DNA from: a bacterium
GTDB lineage: Bacteria; JAHJDO01
Direction: 5' to 3'
Length of the DNA stretch: 64,000 bases
Assembly (NCBI GenBank): GCA_018812485.1
Contig: JAHJDO010000103.1
Location: 3,929 to 67,928 of the forward strand
Shown here: positions 37,935-47,564 of the stretch, piece after piece
Position numbering within the stretch: the stretch's first letter is position 1
Layout: each line of letters opens with the position of its first letter
The notes under the pieces: generated by a model
Told to the model about the DNA's origin: nothing
The model's input: only the letters and a program-made list of their open reading frames with translations
Database searches by the model: none
Program-made: the position numbers and the translations under genes

Positions 37935-39074
37935 TTATCTTATTTTCTGAAACTCTTCCCACATCGCCCAGAAGTTCTCTGCAGGGACATCTGCCTGGAT
38001 ATTGTGAATAGCAGAAAATACATATCCTCCATCTTCAGCAAGTATCTCAACAGATTTTTTCACATTGTCCTTAACCTGCTGAGGTGTTCCATGAGGCAGA
38101 GTCTCCTGAGTATTAACTCCTCCTCCCCAGAAACAAATGTCTTTCGAGAATTCCCCTTTTAATCTTTCAGCGTTCATACCTGCAGCATTAGTTTGCACTG
38201 GATTTAATATATCTACACCTATATCAATAAGATCTGGAATTATTTCTGATATTGCACCACAGCTATGAAAGAAAATTTTCGCCTGTGGAGCTTTTGATTT
38301 GATGAAAGACAATAGCTTCTTTTGTCTTGGCTTTAGAATCCCTCTATACATATCAGGTGAGACCAATAAACTTTGCTGCGTCCCAAGATCGTCACATTCA
38401 GCAATAATATCTGCCCGCTTTCCTGCAAATGAAAGAACTCTATCCCAGTATCGCATTTTTACTTCCAGTATTTTATCAATTAAATACTCAGCCATTTTGA
38501 CAGATGTGGCCAGGTCCATGTAAAAATTTTCGTAGCCTCTTATCCTGAAAGCCATCTCAAATAATCCTGCGCAATTGCGGTCAACTATCAGTGCCTTATC
38601 ATCAGGTATAATCTCAAGTTCTTTTCTTAATATATCAAAGTTAACTGTCTTCTCAGGATCTGGAAAATCATATGATTTCAAATCCTCAATGGTTTTTGCA
38701 TTCTGAAGAGGAGAAGCAGAGTCCTCGTTAAAGTAGAAATCTGTTTCAGTATTCATATTCCATGTTATACCCCATTCATCTTGATAGCTTATTGTTTTAT
38801 CTTCTTTAGTTGTTTTTTTGTTAAGATTGTAAACGCGTGGCGGTCCAAGTCTTATAGTATCCACACCTAAATAATCAAGAACCTGTTTTGAGGGAATAAC
38901 AATTTGCTGTATATCATCATGCATTATAAAATCACATGGCAGATTTCGCAATTTCATTGCATTTATGAAAGCTGTTTTTGTAATAGCGGTTACTGTTGTC
39001 CCGGACAAGTCGTAGGGAATTTTATCGGGTTCAGAATGTCCAAGTGCTCTTAAAACTCGCTCCCTTGATGTCAT
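37935..39074 (-). CDS. Uroporphyrinogen-decarboxylase (URO-D) family protein, MtaA/CmuA-like
   Basis: The N-terminus RERVLRALGHSEPDKIPYD and the C-terminus GGYVFSAIHNIQADVPAENFWAMWEEF are typical of URO-D-like methyltransferase/decarboxylase-fold proteins. Size is 379 aa. Confidence 0.65.
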   Translation of the reverse strand: MTSRERVLRALGHSEPDKIPYDLSGTTVTAITKTAFINAMKLRNLPCDFIMHDDIQQIVIPSKQVLDYLGVDTIRLGPPRVYNLNKKTTKEDKTISYQDEWGITWNMNTETDFYFNEDSASPLQNAKTIEDLKSYDFPDPEKTVNFDILRKELEIIPDDKALIVDRNCAGLFEMAFRIRGYENFYMDLATSVKMAEYLIDKILEVKMRYWDRVLSFAGKRADIIAECDDLGTQQSLLVSPDMYRGILKPRQKKLLSFIKSKAPQAKIFFHSCGAISEIIPDLIDIGVDILNPVQTNAAGMNAERLKGEFSKDICFWGGGVNTQETLPHGTPQQVKDNVKKSVEILAEDGGYVFSAIHNIQADVPAENFWAMWEEFQKIR

Positions 39075-40087
39075 AGCTTGATTGTACTTCCCTTTTTATT
39101 GGATTCCCGGACAGCGTCCAGTACTTTCATAAGATTCAGTACACTTTCAGGTGTGACTGTAAAGGATTTTTCCCCATGTATTGCCTGAGCCAGTTCTCTG
39201 TAAATTACAGAAGCATCTCCGTAAATAAACTTTCCAACAGGTGTTCTCTCTATAACATCTCTCTTCTCGCTATTACCGGGAATACCCGTAACAAATTCTT
39301 GTTTCTTTTTCGAGACAACTACATAAACATATTTTTCATCCGACGTAATTGTTCCAAGTGAGCCCTGTATAAACCATCTGGGAAGCTGTTCTGCGCCGAT
39401 ACCAATATTTATTTCACCTATTATATCAGAGTTTTTAAAAGCAAGAATAGTTTTAATGCTATCCTCGACATCTCCTGGATTAATGGCCTGCCAGAGTTTT
39501 CCCCATACGCTTTCCACAGGTTCCTTAACCAGTTCTATAACCTGATCAATAAGATGAGGTCCCCAGTTCAGAAGATAGCCGCCGCCGAATTTGCTCTTTG
39601 TCTGCCAGTCATGCCGTACATCATAGAACAGAAAATTTCTTTGAATACTGAATACCTTCCCGATTTCACCTTCCGCAATTATTTTTTTAATCTGTGTAAA
39701 ATCCGTTCCCCAGCGAGATGGCTGCCATGGAGCCAGTATCCTTTTGTATTTTTTTGAGGCATCCAGCATTTTTTTTACCTGAACTGCATTAATTGCCATT
39801 GGTTTTGTAACCAGAACATGTGCCCCTTTTTTCATAGCTTCAATCGCCATTGAAGCGTGTTGGTCACTTCTTGTGATAATACATGCAAGGTCTATTTTTT
39901 CTTTTTTGAGCAAAGAGGATAGATTATTGTATGTGGAACATCCAAACCGCTGGTAAGCTATTTTCTGTCTTTCCTTATCAGGGTCACATACAGCCACTAC
40001 CTTATACTCAGGCAGAGCTTCAAGCGGGTCTGCATGAAGTTTACTTCCACTGCGTCCATAACCAATAATTGCTGTTCTTATAGCCAT
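39071..40087 (-). CDS. Gfo/Idh/MocA-family oxidoreductase
   Basis: It has IRTAIIGYGRSGSKLH and a TKPMA (EKP-type) motif. It overlaps the URO-D-like gene by 4 nt. Confidence 0.8.
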   Translation of the reverse strand: MAIRTAIIGYGRSGSKLHADPLEALPEYKVVAVCDPDKERQKIAYQRFGCSTYNNLSSLLKKEKIDLACIITRSDQHASMAIEAMKKGAHVLVTKPMAINAVQVKKMLDASKKYKRILAPWQPSRWGTDFTQIKKIIAEGEIGKVFSIQRNFLFYDVRHDWQTKSKFGGGYLLNWGPHLIDQVIELVKEPVESVWGKLWQAINPGDVEDSIKTILAFKNSDIIGEINIGIGAEQLPRWFIQGSLGTITSDEKYVYVVVSKKKQEFVTGIPGNSEKRDVIERTPVGKFIYGDASVIYRELAQAIHGEKSFTVTPESVLNLMKVLDAVRESNKKGSTIKL

Positions 40088-40135
40088 AGAATTTAACCTG
40101 TTTTTTTCAGAATTTTAACATATAAAAACACGAAC

Positions 40136-40174
40136 GTCTTTAGAATAAATCACTTTTTTGTTGGATTTTTCACT
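40136..40174. repeat. 39-bp direct repeat, copy 1 (GTCTTTAGAATAAATCACTTTTTTGTTGGATTTTTCACT); it covers the last 8 codons, the stop and the 3' flank of the 40150..41394 gene
   Basis: It matches 41426..41464 at 38 of 39 positions. I read this directly. Confidence 0.7.
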
Positions 40175-41394
40175 ACTGAAGAACAAACATCTCTAACAAT
40201 TCTTACCCACTCTCGGACTCTATTAGGATCATTCTCTACTGTTTGTACATCTTTCAAAGTAATATCGATATAACATCCTTTTGCAATTTCAATTGCGTTT
40301 TTAACAACTTTGCGAACATGATCAGGATTAAACCCACAGCTTACCATATCAGCCGGATTTGGTCTCCACGAGATAATATAATCCTGTTGAATCTGCTCAA
40401 CACATCTCTGTAAATCAGCCCATGGTGTTACAGCAATGCGCCTCAGATTAGGAATTCTACGAAGCATATCTATCTTTTTAGTGAGATTCTCGCAGCACCC
40501 ATATGAAACAAGACCAAACTTCTCCATAATTGGTAACTGGTAATTAAACATAAACTCCTCATGCATTTGTGGTGATATAAGAGTAAACTCCTGTGCTGCC
40601 ATGAATATCCACAGCTTATCACGGGTAACAGGCTTACTGTTTGCCTCTGGATCAGGCGACTCCTCAGCATAAGGCATTGCCTGATTATAATGATTACATA
40701 AACACCAATCTCCTGCATCCTCAGCCTCCTGATGGGTTCTCAGAATTCCATCACGCATAAAGGAAAGAAGTCTGTGTAGCCATTCGGGATTGTCCGTCAT
40801 ATCCCACATAATCTGTTCCAGACCACGCAGATTAGCCAGCTGAGTTGAAATATCAGCATTCCAGATTTTATAAAGAGGAGCTCTGTCTACATTTACTGTG
40901 AGAATATTGCCGATTGTTTCTTCAAGACGCGCTACATTCCTAGCAGTTTTCTTCTCATCAATTATATGATGAGGCATAACCATTTTGTCAATATCCTTCA
41001 AATCCTTAATAGGAGGATCGTATTTCCATGAACCGCGCTCTTCAGAGCTTGGTGTGCGTCCAATCTTAGTGCCCCAAATTCCCTCAGCTCCAGAAACATA
41101 CGAGACTTCTTGCGTAATCCATGGCTCAAATATGTAATCATCTCCTATTGTATCCTGAAAAATCATCTGGCGCAGGAAATTCTCATGACTGCGAAAGAAA
41201 GGGTTTTCACATTTCAAGATAGCCTCAGGCATCTCTTTCCACGCAAAGGCACGCACATAGATGGGAATTTGTGTTCTAATAAAGCTATTGTGCTGTCGCC
41301 ACAGGGTACGACGCTCCTTTTGCACATCTCTATTGCAAACCTCAAGATATCGCCTGGCGAGGTCACGTAGAATAACTTTGTCATTTGAAGTCAT
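40150..41394 (-). CDS. Hypothetical protein (414 aa), possibly a distant URO-D-fold relative
   Basis: It is a clean ORF. The C-terminal region (IAVTPWADL...ENDPNRVREW) is reminiscent of URO-D-like C-termini, but I cannot assign a family. It is flanked by the 39-bp direct repeats. Confidence 0.4.
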   Translation of the reverse strand: MTSNDKVILRDLARRYLEVCNRDVQKERRTLWRQHNSFIRTQIPIYVRAFAWKEMPEAILKCENPFFRSHENFLRQMIFQDTIGDDYIFEPWITQEVSYVSGAEGIWGTKIGRTPSSEERGSWKYDPPIKDLKDIDKMVMPHHIIDEKKTARNVARLEETIGNILTVNVDRAPLYKIWNADISTQLANLRGLEQIMWDMTDNPEWLHRLLSFMRDGILRTHQEAEDAGDWCLCNHYNQAMPYAEESPDPEANSKPVTRDKLWIFMAAQEFTLISPQMHEEFMFNYQLPIMEKFGLVSYGCCENLTKKIDMLRRIPNLRRIAVTPWADLQRCVEQIQQDYIISWRPNPADMVSCGFNPDHVRKVVKNAIEIAKGCYIDITLKDVQTVENDPNRVREWVRIVRDVCSSVVKNPTKK

Positions 41395-41425
41395 ATGACG
41401 AATGCTAGCACAATAACTGATAGCT

Positions 41426-41464
41426 GTCTTTAGAATAAATCACTTTTTTGTTTGATTTTTCACT
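41426..41464. repeat. 39-bp direct repeat, copy 2, lying immediately 3' of the araC stop; it retains an in-frame relic ATVKNQTKK-stop matching the SVVKNPTKK-stop of copy 1
   Basis: It is identical to 40136..40174 apart from one substitution (T at 41453 versus G at 40163). Confidence 0.7.
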
Positions 41465-41468
41465 GTAG

Positions 41469-42314
41469 CTATACTGTTTCGGAGAGAGAAGCCAGAAATT
41501 CAGATGGAGTAATTCCTTCTTTTTGCTTGAATATGTAGCTGAAATAATGGGAGTCTTCATATCCAATAAGAGAAGAAATTTCAGAGATGTTATGATCTGT
41601 TTCAATAAGCAGTCGCTTTGCATTGTTGATTCTTGTACTGGTAAGGTAATCAATAGGGGATTTACCTGTAATTTTCTTAAAAATATTACCAAAATATGTT
41701 TCGCTTAAATTTGCTTCTCTGGCTATGTCCTGCAGGCTTATATCTTTTTGATAATTAGTTCGTATGAATTTTTCTGCTTTGATTATATTTTTATAACTTT
41801 TTATTCTTCGGAATTGAAATGAGTCTCTTGCGTTTAAATAAGCGTTTAAAATGAGTCCTAATAAAGCTTTTAACTCCCCGCTTGTAATGATTGAAGAAGT
41901 TGTTGAGTTATTGCGTAGGTGATAAACAATAGCAGAACAGATGCTTCTTGCTTCGATATCTGCTTTCAGGTGGACAATGCGAGGCCATATTCGATTGTTC
42001 TTCAGTAGAGGTGTTTTCTTCCTCAACTTATTTGTATTATAAAAATCGAAGTGGATATAGTAGCGGACAAAGTCTTCATGTCCCTCTGTATATACCCTGA
42101 AATTTTCTCCAGGATATACGAGGAGCACATCCCCTTTCTCCAGATGATATTCAGTATTATCTACAATTAACGCACCTTTACCTGATGCAACAAAATGAAG
42201 ATCATGGTCAGGACAAGCCTGACATTTTTTGGGTTTTTCAACAAATCCTGGTGAAGAACTGGTTTTTCCTGCAGAATTCACCACTGGAGAAATATTGTTA
42301 AGGTCTTTAGTCAT
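41469..42314 (-). CDS. AraC-family transcriptional regulator (cupin plus HTH)
   Basis: The C-terminal HTH_AraC reads IRTNYQKDISLQDIAREANLSETYFGNIFKKITGKSPIDYLTSTRINNAKRLL. The N-terminal part is a cupin. Confidence 0.75.
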   Translation of the reverse strand: MTKDLNNISPVVNSAGKTSSSPGFVEKPKKCQACPDHDLHFVASGKGALIVDNTEYHLEKGDVLLVYPGENFRVYTEGHEDFVRYYIHFDFYNTNKLRKKTPLLKNNRIWPRIVHLKADIEARSICSAIVYHLRNNSTTSSIITSGELKALLGLILNAYLNARDSFQFRRIKSYKNIIKAEKFIRTNYQKDISLQDIAREANLSETYFGNIFKKITGKSPIDYLTSTRINNAKRLLIETDHNISEISSLIGYEDSHYFSYIFKQKEGITPSEFLASLSETV

Positions 42315-42319
42315 ATTAG

Positions 42320-43531
42320 CTATTCTGACATGTTCTTTATGACTTCATCTCCAAACTCAGAGCACTTAAGAAGCTTTGCTCCATTCATCAATCTTTCAAA
42401 ATCATATGTAACTTTTTTGTTTAAGATTGCTTTACTTATTCCTTTAGCAATAAGATCCGCGGCCTTCTCCCATCCAATATATCTAAGCATCATCTCTCCA
42501 GACAATATTAATGAGCCGGGGTTTACTTTATCCATACCCCTGTACTTAGGCGCTGTACCGTGAGTTGCCTCAAATATTGCGTGACCGGTGTCATAATTGA
42601 TATTCCCTCCGGGTGATATTCCGATGCCTCCTACCTGTGCAGCTATCGCGTCTGAAATATAATCTCCATTGAGATTCATTGTAGCTATTACATCGAATTC
42701 GTCTGTTCTTGTTAATATTTGCTGCAAGAAAATATCAGCAATAGTATCTTTTATTAAGACTTTTCCCTGAGGAACGATTCCTTTACATTTATCCCATGAT
42801 ATAACTTCTTCTGAAAACTCATCCTTTGCCAGCTCATATCCCCAATTTCTAAACGCACCCTCTGTGTATTTCTGAATATTGCCTTTATGAACAAGAGTTA
42901 CGCTTTTTCTTTTGTTCTCTATTGCGTAATTTATTGCTGCTCTTATTAATCTTTTACTTCCAGTCTCACTTATTGGTTTTATTCCTACGCCAGAGTCTTC
43001 TCTGATGTGCCATCCAAAAGAATCTTTGCAAAAGCTAATAAGCTTCTTTACATCTTCTGAATATGCTTGTAGTTCCAGACCTGCATAGACATCTTCAGTA
43101 TTTTCCCGAAAAACAACTACATCAACCTTCTCTGGATGCTTAACCGGACTCGGAACGCCTTTGAGCCATCTTACTGGCCGCAGACAAACGTATAGATCCA
43201 ACGATTTCCTAAGAAGAACATTTAGACTTCTGAAGCCGCCGCCAACAGGCGTTGTTAGTGGCCCTTTTATCCCCACCAGATATTTCTTGAAAGCATTAAC
43301 TGTTTCTTCAGGCAGCCATTCTTTGGTTTTTTTATATGCTTTTTCTCCTGCAAATATTTCTTTCCATACAATTTGTCTCTTGCCTTCATACGCCCTATCA
43401 ACAGCCACGTTGAATACTCTTACTGAAGCTCGCCAGATATCAGGACCAGTTCCATCTCCCTCAATAAAGGGAATAATTGGTTTATCAGGCACATGAAGTT
43501 TTCCTTCCCTCATCCTGATTAGATTGTCCAT
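42320..43531 (-). CDS. icd: NADP-dependent isocitrate dehydrogenase (homodimeric prokaryotic type)
   Basis: [13 protein letters not shown] and [26 protein letters not shown] are characteristic of IDH. Size is 403 aa. Confidence 0.9.
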   Translation of the reverse strand: MDNLIRMREGKLHVPDKPIIPFIEGDGTGPDIWRASVRVFNVAVDRAYEGKRQIVWKEIFAGEKAYKKTKEWLPEETVNAFKKYLVGIKGPLTTPVGGGFRSLNVLLRKSLDLYVCLRPVRWLKGVPSPVKHPEKVDVVVFRENTEDVYAGLELQAYSEDVKKLISFCKDSFGWHIREDSGVGIKPISETGSKRLIRAAINYAIENKRKSVTLVHKGNIQKYTEGAFRNWGYELAKDEFSEEVISWDKCKGIVPQGKVLIKDTIADIFLQQILTRTDEFDVIATMNLNGDYISDAIAAQVGGIGISPGGNINYDTGHAIFEATHGTAPKYRGMDKVNPGSLILSGEMMLRYIGWEKAADLIAKGISKAILNKKVTYDFERLMNGAKLLKCSEFGDEVIKNMSE

Positions 43532-45510
43532 TATTGTTTGTCCTTTCTTTTTATATAATTTAATAAACCTCCTGCCACTATTATCTGTTTTTCCTTTTCG
43601 GTAAAATCATATTTTAACTCAATATCAACATTCTTGGTTTTGTTTTTTAAAACTAGTTTCGCATTTTTTGTTATTATTTTCTCTATACTTCGAATTTCCA
43701 CAATATCTCCTGCATTTAGATGCTTATAATAATCTGGTTTTATAAAGATAAGAGGCAGGATGCCAAAGTTTATTAAATTGGTTCTATGGATTCTTTCTAT
43801 AGATTTTGCAATAACAGCTTTTACTTCTAGATGCATTGGACACATAGCTGCATGTTCGCGGCTTGAACCCTGTCCATAACTCAGTCCAGCCACAATAATA
43901 TTACTATAACCATCTAATTTATTGTCCTTACATCGGCTCGTGAAAGATGGATCAATTTCTTCAAATACAAATTGAGAGTATTTTTTAATATTGGAGCGAT
44001 ATTTCAATCTTGATCCTGCAGGCATTATATGGTCAGTGGTAATTTCATCTCCTACCTTAATTGCAATTTTAGCATTGATGTTTTCAGACAAAGGTTTGTT
44101 TTTAGGAGGATCTCCAATGTTCGGACCTTTATGTATCTTTGTTTTTTTGCCCTCAGGTGCCGGGTGAATGATCATAGTATCATCTATATGAAATTTCTTT
44201 GGCAGATCAAAGGATGGAAAAACCAGTTCTTTAAGATCACGTGGATCAGTGATTATTCCAGACAGCGCACATGCCGCAGCTGTTTGGGGACTTGATAGGT
44301 AAACAGAAGCAGATTGAGTTCCCGAGCGACCCTTGAAATTTCTATTACTGGTTCTGATGCTTACTGCTCCTGTGGCTGGAGCGTGGCTATTCCCAATGCA
44401 GAACCCACATACACATTCTGCAATTCTGGCACCTGCATCAATCAAGGTGGAAAGGCTGCCGTCATCTGTTATCATTTTTAATACCTGCCTTGAACCTGGG
44501 GCAACTACAAAGCTTACGTTCTGTGGAATTTTATGTCCTTTGACTATATGAGCAACTGTCTTAAGGTCATTGTAGGAAGAGTTGGTGCAACTGCCAATGA
44601 TTACTTGATCTACTCTTTTCCCAGCTAGTTCTCTTACGGGAACAACATTACCCGGGCTATGAGGACACGCCAGCATGGGTTCAATTTCAGCAAGATCAAT
44701 GTTTATTACTTTTTTATATTTAGCATCTGAGTCTGCCTTTAATTCTTTCCACGCACTTTCTCTATTTTCAGCTGCAAGAAATCTTTTTGTAAGAAAATCG
44801 CTTGGAAAAGCTGATGTTGTCACGCCAAGCTCTGCACCCATATTGGTTATGGTTGCCCTTTCAGGGACATCTAGGCTTTTAAGCCCGCTGCCTCCATACT
44901 CTATTATGGTTCCAACGTTTCCTTTGGTGCCAAACATCTTTAAAATTGTAAGTATTATATCCTTTGCGTTTATCCATGGATTTAATTTGCCTTCCAGATT
45001 GATGCGGATGATTCTGGGATAACGCAGGGTATATTCGCATGTTCCCATTGCCACAGCCACGTCTAATCCACCTGCTCCGATAGCAAGCATTCCCATCCCT
45101 CCGGCTGTTGGAGTGTGGGAATCCGAACCAAGAAGTGTTTTTCCAGGCTCCGCAAACCTTTCCAGATGCACCTGATGGCATATTCCATTTCCAGCTCTGG
45201 AAAAATAAGCTCCATATTTAGAAGCAGCAGTTTGAAGGTAGCAATGGTCATCAGCATTCTCAAAACTATCTTGTATAGTATTATGATCAACATAACTGAC
45301 AGATAGCTCTGTTTTTATCTTTTGAATTTCAAGAGCTTCAAACTGCAGGTAGGCCATTGTTCCTGTAGCATCTTGTGTAAGGGTCTGGTCTATTTTTAGA
45401 GTAATTTCTTCACCAGATATCATTTTCCCTTTCAGGAGATGTTCTTTTATGATTTTTTCTACTACACCTAAACCCAATTTTATGCCCTCCTCATTCTTTA
45501 ATTTCTCCAT
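43531..45510 (-). CDS. Aconitate hydratase (about 650-aa Aquifex-type aconitase-family protein)
   Basis: Aconitase Fe-S ligand motifs are present (GSDSHT, CTNSS and the GFCIGNSH region). The C-terminal part is a swivel domain. It sits next to icd. Confidence 0.75.
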   Translation of the reverse strand: MEKLKNEEGIKLGLGVVEKIIKEHLLKGKMISGEEITLKIDQTLTQDATGTMAYLQFEALEIQKIKTELSVSYVDHNTIQDSFENADDHCYLQTAASKYGAYFSRAGNGICHQVHLERFAEPGKTLLGSDSHTPTAGGMGMLAIGAGGLDVAVAMGTCEYTLRYPRIIRINLEGKLNPWINAKDIILTILKMFGTKGNVGTIIEYGGSGLKSLDVPERATITNMGAELGVTTSAFPSDFLTKRFLAAENRESAWKELKADSDAKYKKVINIDLAEIEPMLACPHSPGNVVPVRELAGKRVDQVIIGSCTNSSYNDLKTVAHIVKGHKIPQNVSFVVAPGSRQVLKMITDDGSLSTLIDAGARIAECVCGFCIGNSHAPATGAVSIRTSNRNFKGRSGTQSASVYLSSPQTAAACALSGIITDPRDLKELVFPSFDLPKKFHIDDTMIIHPAPEGKKTKIHKGPNIGDPPKNKPLSENINAKIAIKVGDEITTDHIMPAGSRLKYRSNIKKYSQFVFEEIDPSFTSRCKDNKLDGYSNIIVAGLSYGQGSSREHAAMCPMHLEVKAVIAKSIERIHRTNLINFGILPLIFIKPDYYKHLNAGDIVEIRSIEKIITKNAKLVLKNKTKNVDIELKYDFTEKEKQIIVAGGLLNYIKRKDKQ

Positions 45511-46379
45511 TGTCTTTGGTAATAAGCAATACCGCGATTATTGGCAGTATCTGATAGGTAATGATTATTACTAATAGCAAATTTCATTTGAGCGACAGAT
45601 AGTTCCGGCTTAGCCTGTTTTGCGTAAACCAATCCCAGATTGTAATAAGCATAATAGAATTTCGGGTCGTATTTTATAGCAAGTTTTAATTGCTTTTCGG
45701 CTTGTGCCAGCTTATCTTCCTGCAAATATACAGCGCCTAAGTTATTGTAAGAAACAACATGTTTCGGATCATGCTTAATAGCGAGTTTATATTGCTCTTC
45801 AGCTTTCTCTAATTTACCCTGTTTCCAATAAATAACTCCAAGATTGTTATAACTGTCAGAATATTGAGGACTATGCTTTACGGCAAGCTTCAAGTTTTTT
45901 ATAGCATCTGGAGTATTATTTAAATCAAAATAGAGCCCGGCGAGATTAAAATATGCCCAGCTATATTTGGGGTCATAAGAGATGGCAAACTTGTAATGCC
46001 CTGCCATTTGTTCAATTTGCCCAAGTTTTTTATAAATCTCCATTAAACAATTATAAGCCTTGATATATTTAGGATTATACTTAAGAGCGAACGTGTATTG
46101 AGATATAGCCTTATCCAGTTTATCCTGCTTATCATATACTTTCCCCAGATTATAATAAGCTTCCACGTACGCAGGACTATATTTTATGGCAAGTTTATAG
46201 TATTTGACAGCCTTTTTAATTTCTTCATTATCAACGTGTTTTTCTGCAAGGACGAAGTATTCTTCAGCTTTTTTTCTATTTGCATCCGAGAGCTGAAAAA
46301 GCTCTGTGTCTGATTGAGAATAAGAATACGCGGAAGAGGAAAACAGGAAAAATATTGCAAATATGGTGATTGCTTTCAT
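45498..46379 (-). CDS. Secreted tetratricopeptide-repeat protein
   Basis: It has a signal peptide MKAITIFAIFFLFSSSAYS followed by about six 34-aa TPR units (AYYNLG/KLAIKYDPK patterns). Confidence 0.7.
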   Translation of the reverse strand: MKAITIFAIFFLFSSSAYSYSQSDTELFQLSDANRKKAEEYFVLAEKHVDNEEIKKAVKYYKLAIKYSPAYVEAYYNLGKVYDKQDKLDKAISQYTFALKYNPKYIKAYNCLMEIYKKLGQIEQMAGHYKFAISYDPKYSWAYFNLAGLYFDLNNTPDAIKNLKLAVKHSPQYSDSYNNLGVIYWKQGKLEKAEEQYKLAIKHDPKHVVSYNNLGAVYLQEDKLAQAEKQLKLAIKYDPKFYYAYYNLGLVYAKQAKPELSVAQMKFAISNNHYLSDTANNRGIAYYQRQWRN

Positions 46380-47552
46380 CTATATTTTTAATTTCCCAAT
46401 TTCGGGTAATTTCCCTACTAAAGGTCTTGCATATGCAAGAAACTTTTCCGTTACGTTGTTGCCTTTCTCGTTCATGTAGTCTCTGGGCATGCCTCGTGTA
46501 TTCTTAGCAACAGAATGAAGAGGGGTTATGAAAAGCCCGCTTCCTTTTATTGCAACACTTCCGTCTTTGAGCTCGCTTTTCACAGCACTCTTTACTGCAA
46601 ATTCTCCAATACGTCTTGCTTCTTCTGCATCCGATTCAGAAACAATACCGGGAAAACATCTTTGTAAATAACCAAATGTATCAGCTCTAGCTCTAAGCTT
46701 GCCGGGAATGTTTTGTTTAATAAGCTCTATCAGCATATCTCCAAGTCCTCCGGAGCCGCTCAATTGTACATTTCCATGAGCATCCTTAACTCCGGATTGA
46801 AAAATCGGGTTGCCTTTGTCATCACTTATTCCTTCAGAAGCGGCTATCTGGCATCGTCCCAGTCTGTTATAAACATCTTTAACATCCTTGATAAACTTAT
46901 CTTTTGAGAATGGAATTTCAGGCACATAGATCAGATGCGGGCCATCATTCTCATGTTGTCTGCCAAGAGCAGAAGCGGCAGTTAAAAATCCTGCATGTCT
47001 CCCCATAATAATGTTAACTTTAATTCCAGGGATAGCACCGTTATCAAGATTATCACCCATTATTGCCATTGCAACAAATTTTGCCGCAGAACCATAACCT
47101 GGACAGTGGTCAGTAACAAGCAAGTCATTATCAATAGTCTTTGGTATATGGTAAGACGTTAAATCATAGCCTGATTTGTTTGCAAGTTGATTTATAATAT
47201 CTGCTGTTTCTGCTGAATCATTACCTCCAATATAAAAGAAATATCTGATATTATTCTTCTTGAATATCTTAAATATTTTTTCACATTCCTCTTCAGTAGG
47301 TTTTTTCCTAACAGAACCAAGTGCAGCAGATGGTGTGTTGGCTACTTTTTCAAGAACTGAGGAGTCCTGTGCCCCCAAATCAATAAAATTCTCATCAAGT
47401 ATTCCTTTTATGCCATGCCATGCACCATAAAATTTTTGAATTTCCGGATGTTTGCCTGCTTCTATTATTGCACCAACTAAGCTCTGATTAATAACACACG
47501 TTGGCCCGCCTGATTGGCCTATAACAGCGTTTCCACATGCTTTTGTACTCAT
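46380..47552 (-). CDS. pfk: 6-phosphofructokinase, PFK-A family (possibly PPi-dependent)
   Basis: GQSGGPTCVIN and IPKTIDNDL are PFK motifs. A GGND variant replaces GGDG. Size is 390 aa. Confidence 0.7.
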   Translation of the reverse strand: MSTKACGNAVIGQSGGPTCVINQSLVGAIIEAGKHPEIQKFYGAWHGIKGILDENFIDLGAQDSSVLEKVANTPSAALGSVRKKPTEEECEKIFKIFKKNNIRYFFYIGGNDSAETADIINQLANKSGYDLTSYHIPKTIDNDLLVTDHCPGYGSAAKFVAMAIMGDNLDNGAIPGIKVNIIMGRHAGFLTAASALGRQHENDGPHLIYVPEIPFSKDKFIKDVKDVYNRLGRCQIAASEGISDDKGNPIFQSGVKDAHGNVQLSGSGGLGDMLIELIKQNIPGKLRARADTFGYLQRCFPGIVSESDAEEARRIGEFAVKSAVKSELKDGSVAIKGSGLFITPLHSVAKNTRGMPRDYMNEKGNNVTEKFLAYARPLVGKLPEIGKLKI

Positions 47553-47564
47553 TTAAAATCCTCC

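Noticed and set aside
41405-41692. 95-aa minus-strand ORF overlapping the 3' end of the AraC gene and the direct repeat.
   Set aside because: It is an out-of-frame overlap with a well-supported AraC HTH domain. Its C-terminus is merely the repeat read in another frame.
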